A stretch of DNA of 64,000 nucleotides, from NCBI GenBank assembly GCA_965644295.1, contig CBFFRP010000284.1:1-64000 (forward strand), written 5' to 3'. This document shows, in pieces, positions 60,827 through 64,000 of this stretch (position 1 is the stretch's first letter; every line of letters begins with the position of its first letter). The notes below the pieces were generated by a model, which did no database searches, was not told the DNA's origin, and was given only the letters and a program-made list of their open reading frames with translations. The position numbers and the translations under genes were made by a program. Origin of the DNA: Paraphysomonas bandaiensis. Lineage: Eukaryota > Protista > Chrysophyceae.

Positions 60827-61762
60827 ATGTCTCTTCCATTGTTCAAAGATTTTAATAAAGTCGCCTTAGGTTTGTTTATAATAAACATCAGTCTGTTATA
60901 TCATCGTCATATATTATTATACAGACATTCTGGATGAGGACTTTGACTACAAGTACACTCTTAAAGTCAAGTCCAAAGCTCCTAAGGGTGTGGTAAGAGA
61001 GTATTTTAAGTACTGATAATTATAGTTAATGTATCTTATTAGGGCCTTACTACTACCACTGACTATACATGCAATGGCGGCAAAGCTTCTCTTGGTGGCA
61101 AAGTGTCACTTAAATGGGCTCATCCTTCAGGATTCGCTATCGACAAATTGGAGATGAAAAATAGTGGCAATGTTGTTGTCGAGACATCTTTAACAGGTGT
61201 CGCCCCGGGATTGAAATTTGAGTTCAAGGGTGATGATTCCAACAAGGGTGATCTTGGCGCAATTTACAAGCACGACCTCGCCACGGCTGCCGTTGAGTTT
61301 GATGTTGCTGAATTCTCCTCTATTAAAGGATCTGTTCTCGCCGGCCAGGGTCCTTTCGCTGGTGGTGCTTCTGCTTCTGTTTCCCTCGGAGACAAAGTGG
61401 ATGTAAAGAGCATGGACTTCTGCGGTAGTTACTCTGTCGCCAAAGAAATGTTTGCTGGACTCCATGTCACAAACAAGTTCAAGAATTACGCCCTTTCTCT
61501 AGCCTACCTTGCAGGTGGTAAGTACTCTCTTGCTGGTGTCTTTAACTTTGCTCCGGAGAAATCTACTACTTCCCTTCGCATTGGTGGGTCCTACAAGTGC
61601 AATCCCGACACAACGATCAAGGGCAAGGTGGACTGCAACGGAAAGGTGGCCGTCTCTGTCAAGCAGATGCTCTCCAGTAATTGCTCGGTAAACACTTCTG
61701 TGGAAGTTCCTTCCAGTGACCTTAGCGCTTACAAGCTGGGCGTTGCCGCCACTCTGGGATAA
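60827..61762 (+). CDS. VDAC: Mitochondrial porin, three exons
   Basis: MSLPLFKDFNKVAL|DILDEDFDY start; beta-strand pattern; TTIKGKVD; C-terminal YKLGVAATLG. Confidence 0.9.
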
Positions 61763-62805
61763 GAATTCACTGGTACATGTACAGTACATTCAACGAACAC
61801 TTCACTTGGACAATGTAAATGCCTTAGTACATAGTTCATGTGAGCTGTGCTGTATTTTTATCTGATGTGCGCTTACTGAGAATTAATGTAATAAATTTAC
61901 TTGAAAAAAATAACTTTATAAGGACATGTGTGATTATTCTTACAGTATATTAGTTTTCACAATCCTCGATGACAAAATATACTTCAAAATTCTACATTGG
62001 CTCCTACAATATAATATTAATATATAGTTTTATTTATTACTCCCATTAGTACTCAAAAAGTGTTTTTGGTCTGAATTCTGAATTGGGTTTAACAGAATGC
62101 TCATATTAGCACCGGGCAAAATAGACAGTGGTCGGTTAGAAGTTAGAACATTAGAATTAGAATAGAAACTATCTTCTATCTTAGTTATGACATTGTCAGT
62201 GACTTCATTATACATTATACTGGGAAACAGAAGTATCACGACGATTCAAGATACAAAAGTTGATCAGCGGTTGACATGAAAGAAATATATAACGATGTTA
62301 TTGATATATTTTACATGACAGTGCAAAATGGTGTGTGCGTGTGTGCAATAATAAATAATTATCGTATCTATCTAGTAACCTTCTCTTACGACCTAAACCA
62401 AAAGGTTCAAAAGCCAAGCGGTACTATAAGCTTTCATTGTCTCTTTTTTTAATTGTTAATCGGGAAACACCTATTTTTTCGAACAGCTAGTCAACTACAA
62501 ATTGATATGCATTCTTGATGTAATAGGTTTTTACATCATGAGGATAAGCTAGAATTTAACCTAGGGATAGGAGGATCGTGCCTTGTCGAATCTTTAATCT
62601 CGGGCTCCTTTTCACTCATGATACGGCAATAGTACAAATGCTATTTATCGACTTTGCCTAGGACATATTCGGAGATACAAAGAGCATTTGTGAAAGCCAA
62701 GGCGAGAATCTAGACACAGTTACATATAAATTATCTTTATACAAAATATCAGATACATCTACAACTAAAGCCACAACAATCTATCTAATACAATTGAAAA
62801 CAGAA

Positions 62806-63963
62806 TTATATTATCTGCATTCGTCTACACAAGAAAGGAAGGGCAATCGAAAGTACCGTAGCTATAAGTGCAGAACCAGTCGATATCGTCGTAAACATAC
62901 TTTCAGATGACTCGAAAGTGTTTCGCATGTTCATTCCCCACAGTGCACACAAAAACATACCAAGACTGCATGCGCAATTAATAAGCGTCAAGATCAGGTC
63001 CGCTACTTGTAGCTGGTTTCGTGCTATGTCCGATCGTAGGTTCATCTACAAGATATTGCATTACTGCAACATAGCATTTGACACACACAGTCCCACCATA
63101 TTCACGGCATCACCAAGCCTACTCAGAAGTATATTTTGCTGCGTAATGAGTGCGTTATAGTCCATGAGATATGAATCAAGAAGTGCCTAAGAAACGAATC
63201 ACTTCACATCTTACCGAACATAGCATTTTTAAGCGACCCACCTCTACTTCTTCGTGCGTCTCCATCATCTTCGGTGATAGAGGGGATCTATAACATGTCA
63301 AAACTACACTAAAAATACATTTCACACAGTCTCCCACCTATACAGGTCAGGTTCGGATTTGAGAACCGATAGATTCATTAAAGCCATCTCTTCGTCATCC
63401 TCCATCAACTCTTCAATGATCTGCTTATGTGCCTGAGCCCTTTGCAGCTGCTCCGACACCTCATATTTACACTGTAGGGTCTTCTCCTGTATAGCTACAG
63501 GTACCACGCTCCTAAAGGACTTCATGACCTTGAATATCTTTTGTGCTCTACTCTGTAGCACAGACAGCTCTTGCTTAAACACTTCCACCACAGTACCCAA
63601 GATTCCCTCAAGCACGTGCCACTCGAAATTCACGTCTTTATTGTGACTGATACATTCCTAACAATAATACTATCATCGGGGCGATTTACATAAGCCACAG
63701 AAAACCTACCTTGATGTGTGTGGTAAGGCAGTCTACAGTGTCGGATCCAGTATCAGGGCATCGGAATATAAGCACCTTGTCCGCCATCACAACAGCACGA
63801 ACTGGGCTGAGAGCAACAAGCACAGCATGACGTCTGATCAGCAATGCTACTTCCTCCTGAGGGGTGTAGGTATAGTCGAGACGATGCAAATCACGTAGTT
63901 TAATATCATTCTCACGAGGACGAGGTTTACCAGTGTCACTATAACTTCTCTGATGTCTACATG
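62806..63963 (-). CDS. MRS2: Mrs2/CorA magnesium transporter (5' end beyond the window)
   Basis: KLRDLHRLD, FEWHVLEGIL, DDEEMALMNLS, ARNQL, WGMN motif and two TM helices. Confidence 0.88.
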
Positions 63964-64000
63964 ACAATACATACATACATTACATACATATAATACTCAT

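Overview
Eukaryotic genomic DNA with short (about 45-55 bp) GT-AG introns. The H3 sequence, histone stem-loop variant and transposon families suggest a stramenopile such as a chrysophyte (inference). The first ~13 kb is a stack of nested mobile elements. A young, intact Ty1/copia retrotransposon with identical LTRs and unusual AG...CT termini sits inside an AT-rich endogenous Polinton-like virus (PLV)/virophage-type element. That element carries a minor capsid (penton) gene, an A32-type packaging ATPase, basic/AT-hook proteins, a candidate -1 frameshift gene and a structured terminus. It abuts a truncated hAT transposon, followed by decayed LINE-like fragments. The rest is host DNA: lysA, cytochrome b5 protein, SBF2-like protein, NDUFA1-like subunit, TPR protein, a palindromic H3-H4/H4-H3 histone cluster with 3' stem-loops, kinesin, a hybrid kinase/receiver protein lacking the phospho-acceptor His, a GAF-PDE, a CBS pseudogene, a 1.6-kb (ATAC)n tract, an intronless D-threonine-aldolase-like gene with a broken partial copy, an F-box/ankyrin-repeat gene with variable repeats, an SR splicing factor, a DnaJ-like protein, DOHH, VDAC, Mrs2 and several MITEs. 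All assignments come from motif reading only; no searches were run.
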